Virus record (IMG/VR): IMGVR_UViG_3300044675_004775 | Coordinates: 1-26,881 of that record | Source: a virus | Lineage: Duplodnaviria; Caudoviricetes | Length of the DNA stretch: 26,881 bases | Direction: 5' to 3' (one strand) | Shown here: positions 1 through 8,036 of the stretch, in pieces | Layout of the letters: every line of letters starts with the position of its first letter | Numbering within the stretch: the stretch's first letter is position 1 | Made by a program: the position numbers and the translations under genes | Notes under the pieces: model-generated | What the model saw: only the letters and a program-made list of their open reading frames with translations | Told to the model about the DNA's origin: nothing | Database searches by the model: none

Positions 1-2019
1 GCACAAGCGATTAATAGTGAAATTAAATCTTGGGGATTGAAGTACATCACACAATATTTGGAAAAGGAGAAACCAAATCGAGTTTATGTGGATGGTGCGT
101 GGATTTCTAAAATTTATTTAGATAATGATAGTTACTATGTTAATCCAAAGACGGGTAACTATAAAAAAATTGGGGACCCCGGTACTGAGGGTCTTTTAGA
201 AAAGTATCCCGGTAAATTTGAAATTTGGCCAGGTCGTAAAATTGTTGAACAATATCTTGACGATGACTTGTACGAGACCATGGTCGTAGATGACTCATTC
301 TCACAATCAACATTTTTACTTTCCAAAGTGGTACCAACCACATATGAAAGAATTGCAACGATGGGTACTGCAACATTATGGAAAATTATCATGTTAGCGT
401 GGTCATATGAAAATAACTTAGCAATACCAGCAAAAGACGAGAAACGTGCAATTACTGGTGGTTTGTCTCGTTTATTAAATGTTGGGTTTTCAAAGAACAT
501 CGTTAAGTTTGACTACTCATCACTTTACCCATCTATTCAACTTGTTTATGATGTGTTCCCTGAATGTGATGTCATGGGTGTACAAAAATCCATGTTAAAG
601 TATTTCCGTAACATTCGTATCAAATACAAACACCTTGCAGGTGAATTGAAAGATAAAGACCCTGTTATGGCTGAAATGTATGACCGTAAACAATTACCAA
701 TCAAGATTTTTATTAACGCATATTTTGGTAGTTTATCTGCACCACAGGTATTCCCTTGGGGTGATATGAATATGGGTGAAACGATTACATGTGTTGGTCG
801 TCAGTGTTTACGAATGATGATTATGTTTTTCCAAGAAAAAGGTTACAAACCTCTTGTAATGGATACTGACGGTGTAAACTTCGAAACTCCTGAAAATATT
901 AATGACACAATTTATATTGGTAAAGGTTTAAACGAATTAGTTACGAAGGGTAAGGAATATCGTGGGATTGAGGCAGATACTGCAGAATTTAATGACATAT
1001 TCATGAGAAATGAAATGGGATTAGATATTGACTACGTTGCACCTGCATGTATTAATGTTTCTCGTAAAAACTACATCATCAAAATGATGAAGAAAGGTAA
1101 AGAGAAAATTAAATTGACAGGAAATACAATTAAATCGAAAAAACTCCAACAATATGTGGTTGAGTTTTTAGATGAAGGACTAAAACATTTGTTAAATGGT
1201 GATGGATTGTCGTTTGTTGAGTTGTATTATGATTACGTGAGTAAAATCTTTAATAAAGAAATTCCTTTATCTAAAATTGCAAATAAGGCAAGAGTGAAGC
1301 AATCTGTTGAAGATTATAGGAAGTATATTAAAAAGACAACTAAATCGGGTTCTTTTATGTCAAGACAAGCACATATGGAACTTGTTATGATAAATGATTA
1401 TCCTGCAGGTTTAGGTGAGACTATCTTTTATGTAAATAATGGTACTAAAAAAACATCGGGAGATGTACAAAAGATTGCTAAACCGACTAAGAAACAACAG
1501 GAAGAATTTCAACAGAAATACGGATATCCAATGCCACTCGATTATATCGAAGTGAATTGTTATATGATACCTGAAAAAGAGATTCAAAATAATCCTAATA
1601 TGACCGGTGACTATAATGTCCCAAGATATCTTTCAACTTTCAATAAAAGACTTGAACCACTATTGTGTGTTTTTAAACCTGAGATACGAGAAGATATTCT
1701 TATCGAAGACCCAAAGGACAGACAGTACTTTACTAAGTTACAATGTGAACTAGTTAGTGGTTATCCTCTTAAAGAGGATGGACAGGATAAGTTTGATGAG
1801 GTTATGACACTATCAGATAGTGAAGTATTATTTTGGAATAGAGTAAACAAGGACCCATTCTTTATGTATGTTGAAGATAGTCTTTCACTTGTTGATCAAT
1901 ATTGGGTTGACCACAACAGAAAAGTAGTAAAACTACAGGCAAACAGTATTAAAAGTAATGAAGATGAAATCATTCAAAATAATGGAAACGATTACGCCTA
2001 TCACGCAGTTGAATCTTAG
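1..2019 (+). CDS. polB: Family B DNA polymerase, 5'-truncated by the window edge
   Basis: Frame 1 is open from base 1 (AQAINSEIKSWGLKYITQY...), so the TTG at 37 is not the true start. Motifs: ExoIII-like YLDDDLYET, motif A KFDYSSLYPSI, motif B QLPIKIFINAYFG, motif C VMDTDG, then RKNY. Confidence 0.95.
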   Translation, partial: AQAINSEIKSWGLKYITQYLEKEKPNRVYVDGAWISKIYLDNDSYYVNPKTGNYKKIGDPGTEGLLEKYPGKFEIWPGRKIVEQYLDDDLYETMVVDDSFSQSTFLLSKVVPTTYERIATMGTATLWKIIMLAWSYENNLAIPAKDEKRAITGGLSRLLNVGFSKNIVKFDYSSLYPSIQLVYDVFPECDVMGVQKSMLKYFRNIRIKYKHLAGELKDKDPVMAEMYDRKQLPIKIFINAYFGSLSAPQVFPWGDMNMGETITCVGRQCLRMMIMFFQEKGYKPLVMDTDGVNFETPENINDTIYIGKGLNELVTKGKEYRGIEADTAEFNDIFMRNEMGLDIDYVAPACINVSRKNYIIKMMKKGKEKIKLTGNTIKSKKLQQYVVEFLDEGLKHLLNGDGLSFVELYYDYVSKIFNKEIPLSKIANKARVKQSVEDYRKYIKKTTKSGSFMSRQAHMELVMINDYPAGLGETIFYVNNGTKKTSGDVQKIAKPTKKQQEEFQQKYGYPMPLDYIEVNCYMIPEKEIQNNPNMTGDYNVPRYLSTFNKRLEPLLCVFKPEIREDILIEDPKDRQYFTKLQCELVSGYPLKEDGQDKFDEVMTLSDSEVLFWNRVNKDPFFMYVEDSLSLVDQYWVDHNRKVVKLQANSIKSNEDEIIQNNGNDYAYHAVES

Positions 2020-3134
2020 ATAACATTAAATGGTGAAATCATTGGTCTGTACTTTAATGCCTTATTAAGGTTCTCCGCTTCATTTCCTTTTCTCTCAAGG
2101 ATTTTTTCAGGACGAAGTCTCTCAAGTCTTTGCATTAATTCTTCAGCCAATTTCAATTTTTCATCTTTTGCTTCAGTTAAAAGTGTTGAATAGTCTAATT
2201 TTACGGTAGAATCAGGTACCTGTAAATCACCAGAGAATTTACCCCAAATTCTGGCCAATCCTTCTTTTGAATATGCAATGAGATATTTTCTCACCCAGTT
2301 TTGTGCAGGTTTATTTAACATATCCCATGTGAGTGATGTGGTATCTACATCTGATGGTAATCTAACAACATCAGCATTCTGATTTAAACAGGTATCTCTA
2401 TCCATTGTATCATAGTACCAATACCATACTCTATAGTTATTTCTTCTTAAGTTAGAAAAATCAAATCTACCACCCGGTACATTGTGAAGATGTACTACTT
2501 TAGTACCGTTTGGTCCTGCTGTTATTCTATATGTAACATCACCACCTATAAGTCGGTTTTTGAGGTTTCTGTCTTGCATTCTTAATAATAAATCAAATGC
2601 TGGTAACATAAAATATGAACCTGATGTACCTACTTGTGCAAAACCACCAACACCACCAGAACCAACACCACCCAATCCACCAAAACCACCTAAAAATGGG
2701 TCAACAATAGAATCGGTTAATTCTGCTCGTTGAAACCATAACAATTCATTTATTTCTCTCCCCGCAGGTATTATATAGGTCTGTGTTCCACCGGTTAATT
2801 CAATATAATCTTTTTTAAGTTCCCAATCTCCACCTGCCTGTAAACCAACAATTTTAGAATAGGAATGTGAATATTGAGTTTCGTAATCTAAACTTCTTGT
2901 GGTAAATGCTCTTGTTAGTGATTGCGTATCCACGTCCAAACCAACCAACCCAGACCATTGTGATTCTATTAACCAATCACTAACGTATTGTTCGTATTCT
3001 GAAACTGACAACTCCATGAATGTATCCATTTGTTCTTCAGTTAACTCAATTCCACGAACGGGCATACCCAATAAATGAAACACCTGAGTATATAATTTCT
3101 CTTTTTCGGGTTGTGATATTACGGTTATAGACAT
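2016..3134 (-). CDS. Neck/head-tail adaptor protein, T4 gp13-like
   Basis: N-terminal LLGMPVRGIELTEEQMD and C-terminal WVRKYLIAYSKEGLARIWGKFSG...TLLTEAKDEKLKLAEEL resemble the conserved ends of gp13-family neck proteins (LGAP.I.VEL...Q; WVK.YA.A..K...). Has an internal Gly-rich loop. Overlaps the pol stop by 4 bp. Confidence 0.8.
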   Translation of the reverse strand: MSITVISQPEKEKLYTQVFHLLGMPVRGIELTEEQMDTFMELSVSEYEQYVSDWLIESQWSGLVGLDVDTQSLTRAFTTRSLDYETQYSHSYSKIVGLQAGGDWELKKDYIELTGGTQTYIIPAGREINELLWFQRAELTDSIVDPFLGGFGGLGGVGSGGVGGFAQVGTSGSYFMLPAFDLLLRMQDRNLKNRLIGGDVTYRITAGPNGTKVVHLHNVPGGRFDFSNLRRNNYRVWYWYYDTMDRDTCLNQNADVVRLPSDVDTTSLTWDMLNKPAQNWVRKYLIAYSKEGLARIWGKFSGDLQVPDSTVKLDYSTLLTEAKDEKLKLAEELMQRLERLRPEKILERKGNEAENLNKALKYRPMISPFNVI

Positions 3135-3152
3135 TTTAATTTGTTATTTTAC

Positions 3153-3160
3153 TATAAATA
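3153..3160 (-). promoter_or_regulatory. Putative late promoter TATTTATA (gp13-like neck gene)
   Basis: TATAAATA on + reads TATTTATA on -, 18 nt before the start at 3134. Orientation is ambiguous because this is a divergent region. Confidence 0.5.
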
Positions 3161-3196
3161 GTATACATTTTATAATTGAGTAAAATTATATTTGAT

Positions 3197-4201
3197 ATGG
3201 TATATGAATATGTTTTTTTTAAATCTTTGTTTGAAGAGGGTTGGGATGGTTTTAAAGGAGTTTATTTTAATGAAACACAAAAAAGATTTGAGCGGGAGTT
3301 TAGTAAAATCGGAATGTGGGGATGGTGTAGTGATAGGGGTAAAACGGGTATTTTAACTGAAAATAAAAATTGGCATGACTACAATAGAATAAATACTCAC
3401 CCAAACATCTGTAAGTTTTTTTACGAAGAATGTATAAAAGATAATCCTAATTGTTTTACTGAATTCGGGAATAAAGAATACCATACTGATAATGTAAAAA
3501 TATTGTGGGATTTTATCATTAAGAATTTTGACTTATATTTTACAAAAAATATAACTGATACATATTATAATTTAATTAATGGGTTGTTGAATAAATCTTG
3601 GCAGAGAGGTTCAATCAGTGTGATAATATCAGTAATCTATATTAAAAAGATTTTTCCTGACTTAAAAGATATTAAATTCGGTTTTAAAACAGGTGATAAA
3701 AATGACATGAAGGGTATTGACATTGAGGTGGTTTTATCCGACGATTCAATATTAAAAATTCAAGTAAAAAGTGGTACCTATACGGATAAAAACTACGGAG
3801 GTAAATATTATGTAAATGGTTCGAGTAATGATTTAGACTACAGTAAATGTGACTATTATATTTATTCACAGCCAAAATATGGTAAAAAACCATCATCATT
3901 TATAATGTTTAAAAACACACCTGAAGTTGGGAGAAAAAATGAAAGTATAGTTGTACCTGTAGATAATATTAAATTTAAAACACAAGAGGAGATGATATTA
4001 CCCGAAAATTTATCAGAGCTAATGAAAGTATGTAGTGAGAAAAACTATAACTTTCAAATTATAAAAGAAGAAGATTATAACTACATAAAATTAGATGAGG
4101 AAAACAGACAATTAACCATCAATTTTAGTGATTATGATGAAACTTCCTTAGAAAAGGAATCAACAGAAATTTTAGATAAATTAAAGAATATGTTTAATTA
4201 A
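3197..4201 (+). CDS. Putative PD-(D/E)xK-superfamily endonuclease / hypothetical protein
   Basis: Contains DKNDMKGIDIEVVLSDDSILKIQVKS (GID...IQVK pattern) followed by CDYYIY. ATG 3197 is preferred over the TTG at 3176 in the ORF track. Confidence 0.55.
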   Translation: MVYEYVFFKSLFEEGWDGFKGVYFNETQKRFEREFSKIGMWGWCSDRGKTGILTENKNWHDYNRINTHPNICKFFYEECIKDNPNCFTEFGNKEYHTDNVKILWDFIIKNFDLYFTKNITDTYYNLINGLLNKSWQRGSISVIISVIYIKKIFPDLKDIKFGFKTGDKNDMKGIDIEVVLSDDSILKIQVKSGTYTDKNYGGKYYVNGSSNDLDYSKCDYYIYSQPKYGKKPSSFIMFKNTPEVGRKNESIVVPVDNIKFKTQEEMILPENLSELMKVCSEKNYNFQIIKEEDYNYIKLDEENRQLTINFSDYDETSLEKESTEILDKLKNMFN

Positions 4202-5926
4202 ATCGACACCAAAAGATTCTGAAAATTCCCCATCACCCATTACTTGGTCGATTATTCCTTTTTTCTTTTGTAATATATTGTAAATTATTTTTTCAATAGT
4301 GTTTTCAAATACGGGATAATAAACAAGAACACTATTTTTTTGTCCGTATCTATATGCACGATCTTCACCTTGTGAGTGGTCAGCCGGAACAAATGATAAG
4401 TCATTCATAATTACAACTTCTGCGGCAGTTAGTGTAATACCAACACCAGCAGCCTTAATGTTACCGATGAATACTTTTATTTTATCGTCAGTTTGAAATC
4501 TGTCTACCGATTCTTGTCTTCTATCTTTTGACATACGACCATCCAAGGTTACAGAATTCTTTTTATATTTTTCATGAATCATATCGAGAGTCATTGTAAA
4601 GTTAGTTAACACAATGACTTTCTTACCTTGTTCTAAACACTTGTCAATTAACTCACAAGTGTATGGTATTTTTTCATAAGAAATAAGTTGTCGAATTTTC
4701 ATCAAACGATTTAATGTTACACTAATAGTCTCATCATCTTTTTTATCATTAGTGATACGAGTAAATTCTTCTAATTCCTCATCGTACATTTTACTACTAA
4801 GTTCAAGAAAAACAGGGGTTACAATCTTTTCAGGTAAATCAAGAATATCGGTTTTCATTCTACGAAGAACTAAGTTTTTAGTTCGTTCACGAAGTTCATC
4901 AAGATTACTTGCACCACTTGTATTCCATACTTTTCTTTGACCAACTCTGAATTGATATCCCGCACAATATCTACGAACATATGATTGCCAATTTAATGTT
5001 AAGGGAGACTCAACAATTTTCAACAAATTAAAATAATTAATTGGACGAGATGTCATTGGGGTACCTGTTAATAACCATACTTTAGGTATTGTATCAAGTA
5101 CATCATTCAATAGTCTTGTTCTGTTAGCTGTTGCGTTTGAAATATAGTGAGCTTCATCTACGATTGCCAAGTCAAAATTGGTATTAACTAATAATTTATA
5201 ATCGTCACTATCTTCACTTTTATCGGTTGTATGATAATTTTTTATAATGTCATAGTTGATAATATAATAATGAAAAGTATGTCCCCATTTACGTCCCTCG
5301 ACAATAAGGATTTTTTTATCACTATAGTTTTTAATCTCTCTCTCCCAATTTATTTTCAATGATGCGGGACAAACTATTAGTACTTTTCTTGCATTACTTT
5401 CTAATGATGCAATAACAGCCGAGGTCGTTTTCCCCAGTCCCATATCATCTGCAAGAATAAATTTATTGTTTGCCAAAAGTTTTTCAATTGCCACTTTTTG
5501 ATGTTCCATTGGTGGTCTTGACGAATATTTTGAATAATCAATCTCCCTATCTAATGTTTTTTCGGGTTGAACAACTGCAGCTTTAGGTAACCAAAAAGAT
5601 GAAAATTTATCTGAATCAACAATTTTACCCCAAATGTGATACGCCTTATCAGATTCACACAATAACTTTTCACACCATATTTTATCAGGTGGTGTGGTTA
5701 AAAGTCTGTCATCCATTAACTTTTCACCAAAAGTTGAAACTATATTAATATATTTTCTTGCAACTTTTGGAGTTGTGTCTTTATACTTTAAAACGTATTC
5801 GGATTGTGGTCGAGTTAGTTTGAAGTTTTTAGTGGTTTCAAACTTTTTTTTCCATTCTAATAATTGGTTATTATAACCTTCGTAAATATGTAATATTTCT
5901 TTAGCCTCTATTTCAGGAATAGCCAT
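4181..5926 (-). CDS. SNF2/SWI2-family ATPase (SMARCAL1/HARP-like helicase)
   Basis: Motif I ILADDMGLGKT, Ia LIVCPASLKINWEREI, II IVDEAH, III LLTGTP, V GVGITLTAA, VI QGEDRAYRYGQ. Confidence 0.93.
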   Translation of the reverse strand: MAIPEIEAKEILHIYEGYNNQLLEWKKKFETTKNFKLTRPQSEYVLKYKDTTPKVARKYINIVSTFGEKLMDDRLLTTPPDKIWCEKLLCESDKAYHIWGKIVDSDKFSSFWLPKAAVVQPEKTLDREIDYSKYSSRPPMEHQKVAIEKLLANNKFILADDMGLGKTTSAVIASLESNARKVLIVCPASLKINWEREIKNYSDKKILIVEGRKWGHTFHYYIINYDIIKNYHTTDKSEDSDDYKLLVNTNFDLAIVDEAHYISNATANRTRLLNDVLDTIPKVWLLTGTPMTSRPINYFNLLKIVESPLTLNWQSYVRRYCAGYQFRVGQRKVWNTSGASNLDELRERTKNLVLRRMKTDILDLPEKIVTPVFLELSSKMYDEELEEFTRITNDKKDDETISVTLNRLMKIRQLISYEKIPYTCELIDKCLEQGKKVIVLTNFTMTLDMIHEKYKKNSVTLDGRMSKDRRQESVDRFQTDDKIKVFIGNIKAAGVGITLTAAEVVIMNDLSFVPADHSQGEDRAYRYGQKNSVLVYYPVFENTIEKIIYNILQKKKGIIDQVMGDGEFSESFGVDLIKHIL

Positions 5927-5946
5927 AGGTATTCATTATTTTATAA

Positions 5947-5982
5947 TATAAATAATAAGAATGAAATATTAAACTATTTATA
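5947..5982. promoter_or_regulatory. Back-to-back TATTTATA boxes in the helicase/gp14-like divergent region
   Basis: TATAAATA at 5947-54 (TATTTATA on -, toward the helicase) and TATTTATA at 5975-82 (+, toward the gp14-like gene). Confidence 0.5.
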
Positions 5983-6500
5983 TGAGTATGAACAATAAAC
6001 TACCAATAACTAGACTAGGTAAATTTTTTTCACAAGAGGATTTTGACATCAATATACAAATGGGTCAAGAGTACCTTCATGGTGACCTGAATATGAAGTT
6101 TGTATTGTATCGGGTAGATAGGACTAAGACTGATACCGATTCAATTTATGCTGAGGTTGGTAAAGATGAAATTAAGTTTTTCCCACCAATTGAAGTTAAT
6201 GGATTAGTACAAATTGCAGAGGCTAAGAATTCATCATATAAGAATGGTTTAGTTAGGTACTTAGAGCCAGGAAATATTACAATTAAAATTTATCTAAGTC
6301 ATTTAGATGATTTGAATGTTAAAATTATATATGGTGATTTTGTTGGATATGCTGAAAGTGAGGAAACGATTCGTTTTTACCAAGTGATTGATGATGGTAG
6401 AATTCAAGCGGACGGTAAACATAAAATGTTCGGATACAAACCACATTATTTAACTATAGTTTGTGCTCCGGTTCAAGAATCAGAATTTAGAGGTATATAA
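5982..6500 (+). CDS. Head-closure/neck protein, T4 gp14-like (start may be ATG 5988)
   Basis: Pattern GQEYL...VLYRVD....TDSIYAE....IKFFPPIEV, plus position directly upstream of the gp15-like gene and the sheath. Confidence 0.6.
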   Translation: MSMNNKLPITRLGKFFSQEDFDINIQMGQEYLHGDLNMKFVLYRVDRTKTDTDSIYAEVGKDEIKFFPPIEVNGLVQIAEAKNSSYKNGLVRYLEPGNITIKIYLSHLDDLNVKIIYGDFVGYAESEETIRFYQVIDDGRIQADGKHKMFGYKPHYLTIVCAPVQESEFRGI

Positions 6501-6501
6501 C

Positions 6502-7755
6502 ATGGGAGTCCCTAAAAGAAAAAACGATATAGAAGTTTACGGAAACAAAGAATACTATCAAGGACAAAAAATCATTGAGAGGAGACAAGAGTTATTGGAT
6601 AGAATTACCAAATCTGATACATATCTACCTGATTCAATATTACATGATGATTTAGATGGTGGTATGTTGGATTTCGTAAAGAAAAACTTTAAAGTAGTTA
6701 CGGATGGTGAGACAATACCAATCATACCTAAGATAATGACAATCCAAAGGTGGGGGGAATTCACAAACAATTGGAACTTTAGTGATGATGATGGTAACAT
6801 AAAACTTCCATTCATTACACTAATTAGAAAACCGGACGCACAGCCAGGAACAAACCCATCAGTACAAAGAACAATACCTGATAGAAGTACTTTTTATTAT
6901 GCTTCAGTTCCAACATGGAATGGTACACAAATGGGTGCAGATGTATACAAAATGCCACAACCGGTTGCTATTGATATATCATATGATGTGACCATAGTTT
7001 GTACAAAATTTAGAGATTTAAACAAGTTTAATAAAATAGTATTACAAAAATTTTCATCGAGACAATCGTACACCACAGTTAAAGGTCATTATATTCCAAT
7101 TATTTTAGAAGGAATTGATGATAGTACACCAATGGACTCTTTGGATAATCGAAGATTCTACATTCAAACCTATAAGTTTATTCTCTTAGGTATTCTTATC
7201 GATAGTGATGAATTCGAGGTTAAACCGGCATTAAGTAGAATGTTTCTTATGAATGAATTCATTCAAAGTAACAACTATCAAAAGAGATACATAAATAAAA
7301 CTATAGATATTACTATTGTAAGTTTCACTGCTGATGGTTTACAAACTGCGTTCAGTGTTGGAGAGACAATAGGTATTTTATTTAATGTTGCTATAAATGG
7401 TTTGATTCAGGAAAGAGATGTCGATTATTTTCATGTAGCAGGAACATCTAAAATAACATTTGTAACACCACCATTAGAAGGTAGTATTATAACTATTACA
7501 TATTTTAAGGGAAGAAACAGTGTTATTATTGACACTTATGGAAGACCAATACAAGTAACAACAGAATACTTTACATATAACGGTTCAACATTATCGTTTG
7601 AAGTTTTAAACTTTATTGATAGTGTCGTTACGTTAGACATCAATGGTCTTATTGAAGATGAAGGTGGAGGATTTGAAATTACAGGACAAAAAGAAATCAC
7701 TTTACAAGGGACACCTACTATTGGTTCGGTTATAGGTATAACTTACCTTTATTAA
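6502..7755 (+). CDS. Tail terminator/sheath stabiliser, T4 gp15-like, with two C-terminal beta-rich repeat domains
   Basis: LPFITLIR and PQPVAIDISYDVTIVCTKFRDLNKFNKIVLQKF match the gp15-type pattern. ATG 6502 lies 1 nt after the upstream stop and is in frame with the 6463 ORF. Confidence 0.72.
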   Translation: MGVPKRKNDIEVYGNKEYYQGQKIIERRQELLDRITKSDTYLPDSILHDDLDGGMLDFVKKNFKVVTDGETIPIIPKIMTIQRWGEFTNNWNFSDDDGNIKLPFITLIRKPDAQPGTNPSVQRTIPDRSTFYYASVPTWNGTQMGADVYKMPQPVAIDISYDVTIVCTKFRDLNKFNKIVLQKFSSRQSYTTVKGHYIPIILEGIDDSTPMDSLDNRRFYIQTYKFILLGILIDSDEFEVKPALSRMFLMNEFIQSNNYQKRYINKTIDITIVSFTADGLQTAFSVGETIGILFNVAINGLIQERDVDYFHVAGTSKITFVTPPLEGSIITITYFKGRNSVIIDTYGRPIQVTTEYFTYNGSTLSFEVLNFIDSVVTLDINGLIEDEGGGFEITGQKEITLQGTPTIGSVIGITYLY

Positions 7756-7911
7756 TTATTCCCCATATAAATCCTTTTTTTTAGCTTTACAGTTTTCATC
7801 AATTAACTTTTCTAAAAATTTATAAATTTTCATACCCTTTTCACCACAATGGTTTTTTAACATTTCGTGGTGTTTTTTACTTATTTTAACATTTTTGTGG
7901 GTATTTTCCAT
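7756..7911 (-). CDS. Small ribbon-helix-helix (CopG/Arc-like) DNA-binding protein, 51 aa, absent from the ORF track
   Basis: Manual translation: MENTHKNVKISKKHHEMLKNHCGEKGMKIYKFLEKLIDENCKAKKKDLYGE*. It shows an alternating beta strand KNVKIS, helix A ending in EKG, and helix B MKIYKFLEKLI. It exactly fills the gap, with its stop abutting the gp15-like stop. Confidence 0.75.
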   Translation of the reverse strand: MENTHKNVKISKKHHEMLKNHCGEKGMKIYKFLEKLIDENCKAKKKDLYGE

Positions 7912-7914
7912 GTA

Positions 7915-7993
7915 AAAGATAATTTAAGATACTATTAGATAAATAAATATCCAGTGTGTGATTATTGTGTAAATCTTTCATAAAAACAAAGAT
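7915..7993. promoter_or_regulatory. Candidate operator array (AGATA repeats) in the RHH/sheath divergent region
   Basis: AGATA starts at 7917, 7927 and 7937 (10-bp period). An inverted pair ATCTTT (7973-7978) / AAAGAT (7988-7993) touches the sheath TATTTATA box. Confidence 0.5.
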
Positions 7994-8000
7994 ATTTATA
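7993..8000 (+). promoter_or_regulatory. Putative late promoter TATTTATA (sheath)
   Basis: Same motif recurs upstream of most structural genes. It lies 36 nt before ATG 8037. Confidence 0.6.
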
Positions 8001-8036
8001 AACAAAGTAATAAATTATTTAATCAAACATTAATCA

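Noticed and set aside
2643-2690. ACC-rich repeat
   Set aside because: It simply encodes the Gly-rich loop GGFGGLGGVGSGGVGG of the neck protein.
3985-3994. SD-like GAGGAG before an internal ATG (3992) in the nuclease gene
   Set aside because: It encodes Glu-Glu in frame and other genes here do not use SD sites, so it is probably coincidental.
1-5926. Inteins or introns in polymerase or helicase
   Set aside because: Motif spacing is compact, with no intein splice-junction motifs or ORF interruption.
6463-6501. GTG start for the gp15-like gene
   Set aside because: It overlaps the gp14-like gene. ATG 6502 directly after the upstream stop is more plausible.
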